A stretch of DNA of 64,000 nucleotides from Raja brachyura. Taxonomy: Eukaryota. A model generated the notes under the pieces. That model ran no database searches. It was not told the DNA's origin and saw nothing but the letters and a program-made list of their open reading frames with translations. Every line of letters starts with the position of its first letter. The stretch's first letter is position 1. The translations under genes were made by a program, and so were the position numbers. The stretch is from the NCBI GenBank assembly GCA_963514005.1, contig OY740788.1:18352001-18416000 (forward strand), written 5' to 3'. Shown here one piece after another: positions 49,878-62,510 of the stretch.

Positions 49878-51292
49878 TTTAATCATGCTTCCAGCTCTTA
49901 GCTGCTTTGGAGATTTGACACCTGAGGCCTTCATGTAATATTCTCAGGAAAGCTACTTTAGATAGATTAGAATTTTAATCTGGTCAAAGCAACGGATATG
50001 GGAATGGATAGCAAGAAATCCAAACCCTTCATTGACTTTTTAAACTGGAATTTATAATGTATTTCATATCACAGACATTAGATATTAGTCCTCCTAAACC
50101 TACCTGATCTCCCGGATGCTAAACAATTAAACTTCCTCTCCCATTCCCACACTGACCTTTCTGTCCTGGGCCTCCTCCATTGTCTGAGTGAGGGAACAGC
50201 ACCTCATATTTTGCCTCGGTATGAACATTGATTTCTGTAACTTCAAGTAACCCTTGCTTTCTCTCTCTCTCGCCATCCCCTCCCCCTTCCTAGTTCTCCG
50301 ACCAGTCTGACTGCCCCCTGATTAAATGTTATCTCTGTATGCATTTTTGTCACCTTCTTCTTGCTAACAATGATCTATACATTTTCCTTGATCTCCACCC
50401 CCTTTGATGCCTCATTTACACACCTTACACTTCCTTATCTCTGTGTCTCTCTCTCTCCTCTGACTCTCAGTCTGATGAAGTTCAAGTTCAAGTTCAAGAG
50501 AGTTTATTGTCATGTGTCCTTGATAGGACAAAGACATTCTTGCTTTGCTGTTCCACACCAGAACATAGTAGGCACGTATACAGAACAGATAAGTGTGTCC
50601 ATATACCATTGTACAAATATATACACACATGAATAAATAAACTGATAAAGTGCAAATAAACAGATAATGGGCTATTAATGTTCAGTGTTTTGTCCGAGCC
50701 GAGTATAATAGCCTGATGGCTGCGGGGAAGTAGCTATTCCTGAACCTGGTTGCTGCAGTCTTCAGGCTCCTGTACCTTCTACCTGAAGTGGGGAGATGAG
50801 TGTATGGCCCGGATGGTGTGGGTCCTTGATGATGCTGCCAGCCTTTTTGAGGCAGCGACTGTGATAGATCCCCTCGATGGAAGGGAGGTCAGAGCCGATG
50901 ATGGACTGGGCAGTGTTTACTACTTTTTGTAGTCTTTTCAGCTCCAGGGCGCTTTCAGGTCTCGACCTGAAATGTCACCCATTCCTTCTCTCCAGAGATG
51001 CTGCCTGTCCCGCTGAGTTACTCCAGCATTTTGTGTCTATCTTCGGTGTAAACCAGCATCTGCAGTTCATTCCTACGCATTTAATCTTGCTTCCAGCACT
51101 TAGCTTCTCTGGAGATTTGACTCCTGAAGCCTTCATGCAACATTCTCAGGAAAGCGACATAAATGCAACAGATAGATTAGAATTTTCAACTGGTTAAGCA
51201 AAAAATATGGGCATTGATAGCAAGGAATTCAAAACTTTCATTGATGTTTCAAATTGGAATTCGTGATGTATCTCATAACATAGACATTAGAA
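49878..51292 (+). repeat. Diverged local duplication (49878-50082 vs 51080-51292)
   Basis: Collinear blocks of about 205 and 213 bp, separated by Penelope (50100-50477, 50958-51079) and Rex1-type (50478-50955) pieces. Confidence 0.9.
51097..51192 (+). CDS. Putative 96-nt phase 1-1 exon
   Basis: CTTGCTTCCAG acceptor, GTTAAG donor; LSFSGDLTPEAFMQHSQESDINATDRLEFST. Confidence 0.3.
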
Positions 51293-52464
51293 ATTTGGAA
51301 ACCATCTTTATTCACCCTGGAGTCACAATCCAGTCACAATCTGTGCCTTGGTTCTATCCTGCCTCAGTTTCAGACCCACCCTAGCTTACTCGCATACTGT
51401 TCATCTTCCTCCAGGGAGCTCGCCACATCCAGTGGGACTAACTCTTGCCATCATGCGGTTTGTCACAAGGGGGAGCTGTGCACCAGCTGCTTTGCCCAGG
51501 ACAGGAACCTGTTTGGTTGCAGCAACCTCTCCTCAACCTAAAGTGACAGCTGGTCCCGTAATTCTAAGATTTTGTGGGAGGACAGTTAGTAATTTAAAAG
51601 GAGCGGTTACTTTTCATGTAAGCTTTATTTATATACGTTCTACACAAAGGAATTGAAGATGTTGACTTATCAGTCCAACTGTGGTGTAAACTGCCATAAA
51701 TCATTTGGGAGAGGTTAGGAGGACTAAGCTTGGAAAGTTAATGTGTTATTTCTGCATCTGTTCCTGATTAATTGCTGTACCCTTGTTTTACAATTAAACC
51801 TTTAATTCTGGTTTGTTGCTGTTCCGAGGTAGAGTATTATTTTATTTTCTACAAAATATATTAAAACACATTTTATTAAATATATATTACTGTAATAATA
51901 TGTAATAGAGATATTAATTCATATTTCTGTTGTAACAACCATTTTTTATTAGATTTCCTGTTGAGAATGGAGATTTGCTGTACCTTGAATGGACACAAAA
52001 AGCTGCATTCATTCATTTAACAGGTGCTTTGCAAAGCTTTTCCCTTTATTAGTATTCAGCAGTTTATTGTCATTCAACTGACTTATAGCCTTTCATTGAT
52101 ACTAGCGTAAGCTTATATATATCTGATTATATAATACAGTTAGGTATACATCTAACAGTATATAATATCGTGAAATTTTTGTAAACACAAAAAATAAATT
52201 GCATCACATCAACTTTTACTAAGATTAATGATAATGGAAAGTGTAATGCTAAAAATAGGTGATTTCAAAAGGAGATTAAATAAACATAATTTTACCAGAC
52301 TCCACTGACATTATCCGGAAACTCTCATTGTTTAACAATGCTGTGAAATGTATTAATGGCTGCAAAAGGCTGAGGAGAGATGTAGATTCAAAAAGTCGAG
52401 CTCTTTATTTAACAATCATAAGCTGCAAGAACAAAATCTGCTAATATTTGTTGAAAACTCCTTT

Positions 52465-53493
52465 AGTGGCTGTCCCACTTGAGCAACCTAATTGGTGAGT
52501 TTAGAATGGTTTGAAAAAATGACATGTTGCAGACCTCCTTCGACTATGTAGAAGACCTCCTTTGACCCCCTTCGACTATGTTGAAGACTAGCTTCGACTA
52601 GTTACGACTAACTTCAGGAAAATTGGACACCGAATAGTGGAGAGTGAAGACGACCTCCTTCGATCTCCTTCGACCTCCCTTCGACTATGATGAAGACTAT
52701 CTACGACTATCTTCGACTACCTTCGACTACCCTCGATTACCTACGACTAACAACTAACCTACTCAGCATGTAGTCATATACTGAGAGAATGGAGCGGCTG
52801 GGCTTGTAAACTCAGGAGTTTAAAAGGATGAGAGGGGATCTTATTGAAACATATAAGATTGTTAAGGGTTTGGGCACGCTAGAGGCAGGAAATATGTTCC
52901 CGATGTTGGGGGAGTCCAGAACCAGGGGCCACAGTTTAAGAATAAGGGGTAAGACATTTAGAACGGAGACGAGGAAACACTTTTTCTCACAGAGAGTTGT
53001 GACTCTGTGTAATTCTCTGCCTCAGAAGGCAGTGGAGGCCGGTTCTCTGGATACTTTCAAGAGAGAGCTAGATAGGGCTCTTAAAGATAGTGGAGTCAGG
53101 CGATATGGGGAGAAGGCAGGAACGGGGTACTGATTGGGGATGATCAGCCATGATCACATTGAATGGCGGTGCTGGCTCGATGGGCCGAATGGCCTACTCC
53201 AGCACCTATTGTCTATTGTCCATTGACCTTTACGACCTACCACGACTAAACCTACGAGTAAAAAAATAATTGATTTTTTCCATGGAGACCTTTTTTGACT
53301 CACGGGCATTTTTTAACATATTGAAAAAAACTCTGTGGCCAAGCTGAGGCCTCGAGAACGCGGAGACCACTCTCAAGCATGAAGGAGAGTTACAAAGACC
53401 TCCTACGACCTTGTGTCGACCATGCTGCGAGTATGAGTCGAGGGCAAACTCGCCAGAGCTCGCGGATTAGGTCGCCCAAGTGGGACAGGCCCT
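52465..53493. mobile_element. Harbinger-like MITE (family 2) containing a CR1 insertion
   Basis: Paralog of 14523-15106; same TIR. Confidence 0.85.
52770..53225 (+). mobile_element. CR1 3' fragment inside the MITE
   Basis: ORF 52828-53133 ([13 protein letters not shown]..); (CTATTGT)n tail. Confidence 0.92.
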
Positions 53494-55835
53494 TTACTAA
53501 TTCAGTAATAAGAGTGGAGTCATAAAACTCCACAAATTAAAATGATGCATTTTTCCTGGATATCAATGTTAGGTATTAGTCTTAGGAATGTAATATAATA
53601 TTTTCTATTGCATTGCATTCAGTTGAAGATTGGAAATGGCATTTAAAAATGGTCAGGTTAAAAATAGGAACGTCTTCTAATAACTCGTTAACCAAACTTT
53701 ATGGGATGTAGTTATTAGCTAAAATAATTAGCATTATCTTATGAAGTAATCTCAGGCAAATGGGAGCACGATACCACACAGTCTTCTTGAGCATTTGTTT
53801 AACTGTTCAAATGGAACTAGCTAAACCACAAAACCAAGCCTTAAGACAGCCGATAGTGAAAATGGCAATGGAAAAAGTCAAACAAATCAAGCCATGACAA
53901 ATCACCTTCCTTCAGATCTTCAATCAAACAAAATCAAATTATGTATTCTCACTTCAAAGAATGTACCTTGGAAGAATATTAGTAATATCATCCTTTGACC
54001 TACACAGGAAAGGTACTGATTCATTGCCACAGATCTTCTTTAGGCACTTGTGTAATAGTGATCCTTCATTTTTTTTCTTTGACCTCTAATAAGTAATGGT
54101 GATTGGAATAGTGTACTCAAAGTGATTTGGGTAATTAACTTACAAAGTGATGCTTCAGATGGTTACCAACAACTGATTTTGCATGATTTAAATTATTCAT
54201 CCTAGATCCAGTCAAGGACTTTTAGGAGTTTGACTGTCAACAAACAAGGAAAGATCATGACTTGTTGGCACATTTGCCGTCGATAGCTATTCTGAATATG
54301 ATTTAGTGCCTGACTATATGGTAATGTGATCAACTGCTATATCTTATGCTGCAAAGTGTGCTGGCCTGATCGTTGCAACCTGCATAAGTGGAAAAACAAA
54401 TTACCTAGTTTGGTTTTAACTGTGTGGTGAGAACTGGCAGGTGGTTAAAAATGTACCACAAATATTCTGTGGCAATTCCATACTTAACCTTCTCTTCCAA
54501 AGGAGCCACATGGACCTTGATCTGCTTTGGGATTCTGCTTTAAATATGCGGACTGGGTCCAGTGATATAAATTGACCTTGAATGCATTTATAACTGGCGT
54601 GTTATTCTCGGATTTTGAGAGTGACAGCCACCAGTATGGCACAGCAGTGTTTACAAATTATTGGTTATGATAAAATGGTTTGCAGCCACAAATATTTTCC
54701 TGTCTGCTTTGTTGTTCTTATGCAGGTCCAGATTAAAAATTGAGTAAAGTGTTCACTAATACATGACTGATATTTCTTAATAGTCCAAAATTATTAAATA
54801 ATCATATTTGGACATATATTTGAATAAATTAAAGGCTTTTAAAGGAAAGTTCAAAAATAAATATTGTTTCTCATAATAGGTTTTCCTCTTTTTCTTCTTC
54901 GAACACACTGCTGGAGACAAAGGGAAGTCAATGTATCCAGTAGATAGTTCTTGGTAGATTCCTCTTGCATATGCCCTGTTCAAAAATCTCCATTTAAAAA
55001 AATTGGTACAAAATTTGGAAGTACATTCGATGGCTTTTCCAGGAAACCAACAATTTGTGACAATCCTTTGGTGTCTGCGATTGTACTTTAGATATCAGAT
55101 AGAAGCAGGGCACACAGCTCCATCAATGCAAAGAATTTGTGTTGGGCAGAAGATATTGTGATGATACTGAGTGAACACTTTCTGGAGTCCTGAGGTTTAG
55201 TTAAGATGTCATGTTGTATCTGTTCGGAGTATTTACAAGTACCCCACTTTAGGGAGATTATTCTGTATCAACCTATATTTCAAAGACTAAGTTACGTCAC
55301 TATCTGAGTCTCTTTTCCAAAAGGGGTTTAGCTGTAAATAGTCGCTATTTTGAGCGGTGGGTCCACCCACCCTTCATACCAAGGAGGAGATAATTCCAGC
55401 TATTGAAGCAGTTTCAGCAGTTTTATTTTCAAATGAAGCATGTTTAATCCTGAAGCATAATTTCTAACAGAGATTTTACTTCGGAGTCACATGAGTGACT
55501 ACGAGAAGAAGGTCATCAGCCCACATGCGCGTCATTTTACGTCTAGCGCATTGCGCACCGGCTGACTGGCGGTAAGTTTAAACCTGGAAGGTAAGTTTAA
55601 ACTTATTTCTAGGGTTGTTTTTTGTGTTGCAGGAAGCTCCTCATAGAGTTTGCCTGCTGGATTCGGGGCGAAGTTGGACGGGCCACAGGAAACCGGTTAC
55701 AGACCGTGGGGAGATCCCGGTCCGGAGCGCGGAAGCGCTGGTAGCCAGCGGCCATCGGGTTCACTCCCAAGTCGCTGACAAGGACGTCAGTGACACCCAG
55801 GAGGGGAGTGTGAGTGGGTGTTTCTCCCAGTATGG

Positions 55836-56240
55836 GCTCCCAGACCGCAATGGTCCCCCCAGAAAAAGAGGTTAGACTGGCAGTTAGTCGGTCTTGCTGC
55901 CCCAGTCACTCACTATGGAGTCCGCAGCTCCCACACCAAAATGGTTCCCCCAGAAATAGGGGTTAGTCTGGCAGTAAGCCGGTCTCGCTACCCCAGTCGC
56001 GGACAATGGGGTCAGCAGCCCCCAGACCGCTTAGCTCTTCCCAGATAAAGGGGTTAGACTGGCAGTAAGCTGGTCTCACTACCCCAGTCGCTGACAATGG
56101 GGTCACCAGCTCCCAGACCACTAAGGCCTCCCCAAATAAGGGGAAAACTGGCAGTAAGCTGGTCTCGCTACCCCAGTCGCTGGCAATGAGGTCAGCAACT
56201 CACAGAACGCTATGGTTCCCCCAGGAAAGGGGTTAAACCA
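55836..56240 (+). repeat. Tandem repeat, about 91-bp unit x 4.5
   Basis: Recurrent GGTTAGACTGGCAGTAAG..CTACCCCAGTCGC. Confidence 0.9.
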
Positions 56241-57119
56241 CGAGGAACCCGGTCAGGCCTTGGGACTCAGTCGAGTCGGGTCAGGAGGTTTCCCCCTCCT
56301 ATGGGTAGCGTCTGTGAATGCCTAAAACCCACCTGGAGCACCTGATGGAGAGGTTGCTCGAAAGAGATATACTCCAGAAGAAAGCTATCTGAGCCCGGGT
56401 ATAATGGAGAACCCGCTGGCAGCGGCACCTGTTTCAGGGCTGCACAATGTCTCCCTCTCTGAGGAGGGGAGCATCCAGGGTCGATTTAAGTCTGGCCCAG
56501 AGCCATATCCTGATATAGGTCTAAAAGGCCATGTCAGCGCAGGTATCCTCAGGGGCCTGCAGCAGCACCTATCTCAGGGCTGTCTATGAGTCTCCCTCTC
56601 AGTGAAGGGGAGTGCGAGAATATATTTGCAAGGGAAGAGGCAGAAAACCCGGAAGGGGCCAGATTTTCCCTCACGCTACGAGTGCCGGCAGTGAACTGAG
56701 CTATCAAATGAAACCAGCCGCCAAATTTTATCTTCAGCTAAGACTTATCTAACAGGTATACCTGGATGAGAAAGTAAGCTTCATCGTATCAGCGACGACA
56801 CCCCCATGCCTCAAAAGCTGGGCCCAGATCTTTCAGGCCAAGGGCCAAGCCGGTCTCAGGAATATGGAATTCACATACACTACCATTCCTACTCTCCAAA
56901 CAAGGATGGGAGTAGAACCCACATCAGGGGCCTTTGGGCTTACCATAAGACCACCGGTAACCATGGAGGTAGGTGGGTCTGGTTCTTCTGTAACATGGGG
57001 TAAGTGGACCATTTACAAATTGGTAATACTTACACTTTTTTTGTACAAATGAAAATGATAACATGTGATGGGTTATTATTACACAGTATACAAGGGTACC
57101 AAGCATGGCTTTGAATTGG

Positions 57120-57305
57120 GGCCAGAGTTGTCTTTCGAGGCAGGCTCAGAATTACGGCCAGGATTGCCTTTCTGCGACAAGCTCGGTAATATGGCCAGAG
57201 TTGTCTTTCGAGGCAGGCTCAGAATTACGGCCAGAGCAGTTTTAAGGCAGGCCCAGTAGTATGGCCAGAGTTGCATTCAAGGCAGGCATGGAATTATGGC
57301 AGGCA
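57120..57305 (+). repeat. Tandem repeat, about 36-bp unit x 5
   Basis: GGCCAGAGTTGTCTTTCGAGGCAGGCTCAGAATTAC and variants. Confidence 0.85.
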
Positions 57306-59849
57306 TGGCCTGCTCATTGTGAAAGATGGAGGATGTCAGTTCATAATTGATTTAACTCCCATGTGCAACATAGCTTTTCAGTATATGGAATTTCTCCACC
57401 GTCCAACTACTGATTTCCTTACAATCTTTATGGCATGCATCAATCTCAAAGATGCATACTATTCAGGTCCCATTCAGAGGGCTCACCGGAGACATTTGAA
57501 ATTGATTTGGACGATATTTCTAACGCTGTGTTTTTTGCTTAAATCATTTCAGCTGCAACTATATTTGAGGAATTGAGGTTCCTCAGCCATCCAGTCAAAT
57601 TTAAATTGATACCAACTGGAAGTTATCGTTTATCGGATTTACCTTTAACTATTAATTTATCTGTGACTCCGCCCTGGGGCAGCAGATTGGAATCAATAGA
57701 AGCCTGTAACAACTTTGCTATCAAGCAGTCTTCTATTCATCAAGTGTAATTGGCAATATAGCAGCTGTGTTTCAGCTGCGCAATTGGGCCTTACATTCTC
57801 AGAACTTTCAACGTGCAAGTAGTAACCTCTCAAGTGCCATATAGGTCATTGTTAATGTCATATGCTATTACCAGCTGAAGCTACCAAAGTCACAACGGTG
57901 GTCGAACTATATTCAACATTGCTCCAGTATTTTTGGTCAAATAATCTTCAGTTATATTACTAACAGATGCTAGTGCTCAAAGATGGAAAATTACGAATGC
58001 CATCTCTAGTAGCGAAGGCGGATGGGATTTGCATGAATCACCAATTCTTCAGTTATTGGTAACAACTACCTATAGACACTAGGTGCATACTATGGGTTAA
58101 AGGGTTATTGTGCGAATATGCAAAATCTGCATGCTCAGTTCCAAGTTGATACACTGTGATGGTGGCATATGTTAGTCACATTGATGCAATAAAGTCAAAG
58201 TATCCTGTCATAATTTGCCCAACCTTTTTGGTGCTGATGTATCATCATGCAAAATCAATGACAACACAGTATGGATGTTGGTTCACAAAGTATTTTAGGA
58301 TCTATGGGTCGATGGCATACAGGCTCATTCACCAGTTGTAAAACATGTGGCATCACAGTGGCGAGAGATACATTCTCTGATGTCCAGTTATTAAGGATAT
58401 CATTAACACAAGCTCTCCCAGGTACACGGAAGTATGGGATATTGACATTGTGTTAACAATTATTCACCATGGGGCTCCAGCTATATCTCTATCTTTGATT
58501 CGGCTCTCATAGGTAGTTAGTCCCCTGGCGCTGCCCTCAGTGCACGGGTCCAGTCATTACATAAATTGCGACTGGACAGGATGGTTACACCTGCTATATA
58601 ATAATTCATGTTTACATACCCCATGCACCTTTGGTTACGTGTGGTCACACATTTACAACATTGCATCAAGGTCATATGGAGCCTTAGAGGCTCTGATACT
58701 AGCTATGTTTGCTAGTTACAAAAAAAAAAAGAACCTCATAAGAAGGTGTCAGTTCAGACCATCTCCAGGTGGTTATACGGGGTTTTGGCTTATACAGGAG
58801 TAGATACTAATTTCTAATCTCACTCCACCAGGGCTGCTACAACATCAGCAGCAAGGGTTATGAGCGGTCCTCCGTACCACAACCTGTCAACTGCAGGATG
58901 GTCTAACGAACGAGGTATCCAACATTTTATTTTAACCCATTGCCAGACCAGGAGTATTTGCCAACTCTATTTTAGATTCTATTTTATAGTTTTCCCTCGG
59001 ATGAGAGGGGTTACTGTTATTATTATTTGTTCATTTATCAGCATGTTTTAAATCTATGTCATATCTGTATGCATTATAAATGTTTCCCTTATCTGTGGTC
59101 AACTTATGCAGTCGTGCTTGTGTGGACTCGTTTTTCGACGGCATGAAATCACAGAGCTTCAAAATCTTCACGTAGTCACTCATACGACTCCGAAGTAAAA
59201 TAGTAAGATTAAACGAGAACTTACCAGTTTGAAGTTTAATCTTTATTTTATGAGGAGTTACGATGAGCGATTACGTGCCCTCTGCTCCCAATCCTCGTAT
59301 CATAAAGATCACCTGGTAGTTCTAGTCATCGATAATCTTGCTATGTTAGTTCAACAACTGTTATCTGTGATTTCACACCGCTGCTTTGAAGATTGACGTG
59401 CATGTGGGCTGACGGCCTTCTTCACGTAATCGCTCATCGTACCTCCTCATAAAATCAAACTGGTAAGTTCTCGTTTAATCTTGCTATTACAATTTACAAT
59501 GGATTTCCATGGCACAAGTATAATTCTTACAAAAGTAGAAAAACATTAGTTTAGTTTATTGTCACGTGTACCGAGGTGCAGTGAAAAGTTTTTGTTGCGT
59601 GCTAACCAGTCAGCAGAAAGACAATACGTGATTACAATCAAACTATTTACATTGTATATATACTTGATAAGGGAATAACATTTGGTGCAAGGTAAAGCCA
59701 GCAAAGGATCAAGAATCCGATCAAGGATAGTCCGAGGGTCACCAATGAGGTGTATAGTAGTTCAGCACTGCCCTCTGATTGTGGTAGGATGATTCAATTG
59801 CTTGATAACAGCTGGGAAGAAACTGTCCCTGACATACCAGTGAGTTGCA

Positions 59850-60400
59850 GATAAACAAGTTGTCCGTCTCAGAAAGAATGCTTGGGGAAGAGGTTCCTCT
59901 TGGACCGAGGTTGAGGAATGGATTCTGTGTCTTCGTCTCTGTAACTCCTGACCCCCACCCTTCTTGTCATAAACCATTCATGATGTTTTTTCTAAAGTTG
60001 ACATCGTCTGCATGTGATGTTTTGTAGCCGCATTGCTTGGGTTAGATGATTGGAGTAACTTAATGAGATCTGCATGTACCAGCTTGATTCTTTTGATCAT
60101 GTCACAGTCTTAATTAGGTTAATGTGGACCCTATTGTTTGGGTCAGGAGGGTGAAAATCTCTTGAAAAGTTCATCATGGTTAGTATTGTTTCTCTTGATC
60201 ATGTCAAGAGGATGGGCAAAATATACTAGTTAGAGGTTTAACTAAATTAACAATACGCATCTTGAATCTCGTTCAGCTCTTGCTGCTGTATGAGAAAGCT
60301 GAGGATAGCAATAAGCCTTTACGGGTCTGGTCAGTGAATAGCCTTTTTGGGCTTGGAGAGTGAATATCCATCACAATATCATAGAACTGATGTGTAAAGA
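59850..60400 (-). mobile_element. Ancient LINE RT remnant
   Basis: Degenerate KPKK..RLIAILS, LDM and HADDV motifs in RT order on -. Confidence 0.4.
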
Positions 60401-60779
60401 AGTGTGCTTGTGCTGTGAGACTTGAGGTAGCTACTTGAGTAAAATACTTGGAAGATGGACGACCATTTCACATGAGTCATATTCTAGGCACCATTTCGCA
60501 TGTGTGCTGGGCCAAGTGTGTCGACATTTTCTGTCAGACATTGTTAATGGAGTTGCATATAGAAACAGGGACAGTGGCTGCCTGGGTCATTCAAGCTGTG
60601 GCTTGTATGGTAACGTTTTCACCTTTGCCACTGGATTTAAACAGCCCTCCACACTTGATCACCAAAATTGAGGCTGAGAATAGATGCTGCATTGTTAAGG
60701 TGCTATAACTCGGAGACCCTGGATTCTTGTTCAAATAAGAGTAAACAATGTTTTTTAATGAGAGGTGGAGAATTATATT

Positions 60780-60912
60780 TAGTCTGAAGAAAGGCCCCGG
60801 CCCGAAACGTCGCCTATCCACATTCTCCAGAGATGCTGCCCAACCTGCTTAGCCACTCCAGAACTTTGTGTCTTTTTCTTTGTAAAACAGCATTGCAGTT
60901 CCTTGTTTCTAC
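60780..60912 (+). mobile_element. Penelope-like pLTR with intact hammerhead-like core
   Basis: CTGAAGAAAGGCCCCGGCCCGAAACGTC at 60784-60811. Confidence 0.7.
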
Positions 60913-61235
60913 ATATTTCTGATTATCTTTAGTGGCTGGAACAATACTTATTCCTTAATCGAGGTTTCTAAAAAGATTTATCTGGTCATTATCACACTGC
61001 TATTGTCGGAGTTTCCTGCACAAATCTTGCTAGTACGTTTACAATGGTGGCTCCATGGTAAAGCTGCTGTGGAGTGTTTCGAACTGTTCTAGAATTGCAC
61101 CATGTAAATATAAATCTTAATTCCCAAACAAAATGACATCAAGTACCAATGCATCAGTCAGCACAATCTTCTGATCTAGGAATTGCCTATATTTAAGTAT
61201 TTTTTTAATGAAACTGAATGTTGTCTGCACTATTA

Positions 61236-61705
61236 TATGATACGATACGATACGATACGATACGATCCGATAGAACTTAATTTTTTCCCAGGAGGGAAAT
61301 TGGTCTGCCAACAGTCACAAAGCGCAAGATACATGAAATTAAAATGATGAGTGAAAAGGATTGGGGATGTGTAAAGATTTGGGGGGTGGAGGTGAGGGAG
61401 GGGAGTCAGTCTACCCCACGATAGAAGGAGGAGGAGTTGTACAGTTTGATGGCCACAGGGAAGAAGGATCTCCTGTGGCGTTCTGTCCTGCATCTTGGTG
61501 GAACCAGTCTGAAGGTACTCCTCAGGTTGACCAGTGTATCATGGAGGGGATGAGCTGTATTGTCCAAGATGCTCCGCAGTTTGAGGAGTATCCTCCCCTC
61601 CAATACCACCTCCCATGTATCCAATTCTGCCACCAGGATGGAGCCAGCCTTCCTGATGAGTTGGTTGATCCTGTTGCCGTCAGCAGCCTTCGCACTGCTG
61701 TGTAA
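61236..61705 (-). mobile_element. Rex1-like LINE 3' end
   Basis: ILDNTAHPLH..RTERHRRSFFPVAIKLYNSS; (TACGA)n tail on +. Confidence 0.85.
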
Positions 61706-62034
61706 GCCACAGTGCAGTTGGAAGGTGGGGACATTGATGGCTGAATACAGATTTTTTGTGATTTTTCTGTGAGTGTCTGTTTTTCTTTAGTTATCTAATT
61801 TAACGCTGGTTTATGTGTAATTCAGACTTTTGTACAGAGACAGGATGTGTCTGAAGGAAGACAGCACGCGCGGACATTCTGCAGCTGAGCTAAGGACCAG
61901 GATGGTGGTGCAGGCACCAGATTACCATTGGGTGGGATTTTCACAAGTCTTGCAGCAAGGAATCAGAAGACAACTTCAGTGGGGAAGACTGCAGAAGAAA
62001 TCTAATGGATTGACATAATAAAATGCTCATGACA

Positions 62035-62510
62035 CTGGTCATAATGTCATAAGGTCATGTAATAGGAGCAGAATTAGGCCATCCGGGCCATCAAGTCTAC
62101 TCTGCCTTACAATCATTGCTGATCTATCTCTCCCTCCTAACCTCATTCTCCTGCATTCTCCCCGTAACCACTGACACTGGTACTAATCAAGAATCTAGCT
62201 ATCTCTGCCTTAAAAATATCCATTGACTTGGCCTCCACTGCCTTCTGTGGCAACGTATTCCACAGATTCACCACACTCTGATTAAATATATTTCTCCTCA
62301 CCTCCTTCCTAAAGGAAATCCTTTAATTCTGAGGCTATGACCTCTAGTCCTAGACTCTCCCACTGCAGCCGCTTCACATCCACTCTATCCAAGCCTTTCA
62401 CTACTCTGTTCGTTTCAATGAGGTCCCCTCTCATTCTTCTAAACTCCAGCGAGCACATGCCCAGTGCCATCAAATGCTCATCATATGTTAACCCACTTAT
62501 TCTGGGATCC
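62035..62510 (-). mobile_element. CR1 3' fragment
   Basis: SLEFRRMRGDLIET peptide; typical 3' UTR. Confidence 0.85.

Larger units (their letters stand above)
55474..59488 (+). mobile_element. DIRS1-like retroelement with both ITRs and ICR, coding region decayed
   Basis: Left end TTTTACTTCGGAGTC is complementary to 59166-59200; 59199-59277 is complementary to the right end; RT FMACINLKDAYYSGPI, RNase H TDAS, YR SHSTRAA and AGWS. Confidence 0.9.

Noticed and set aside
51348-51656. 102-aa ORF in unique DNA
   Set aside because: No ATG start, no recognisable homology, donor phase does not fit neighbours.
55836-57305. Regular 91-bp and 36-bp repeats resembling a CRISPR array
   Set aside because: Units are contiguous without unique spacers, no cas genes, eukaryotic DIRS context.
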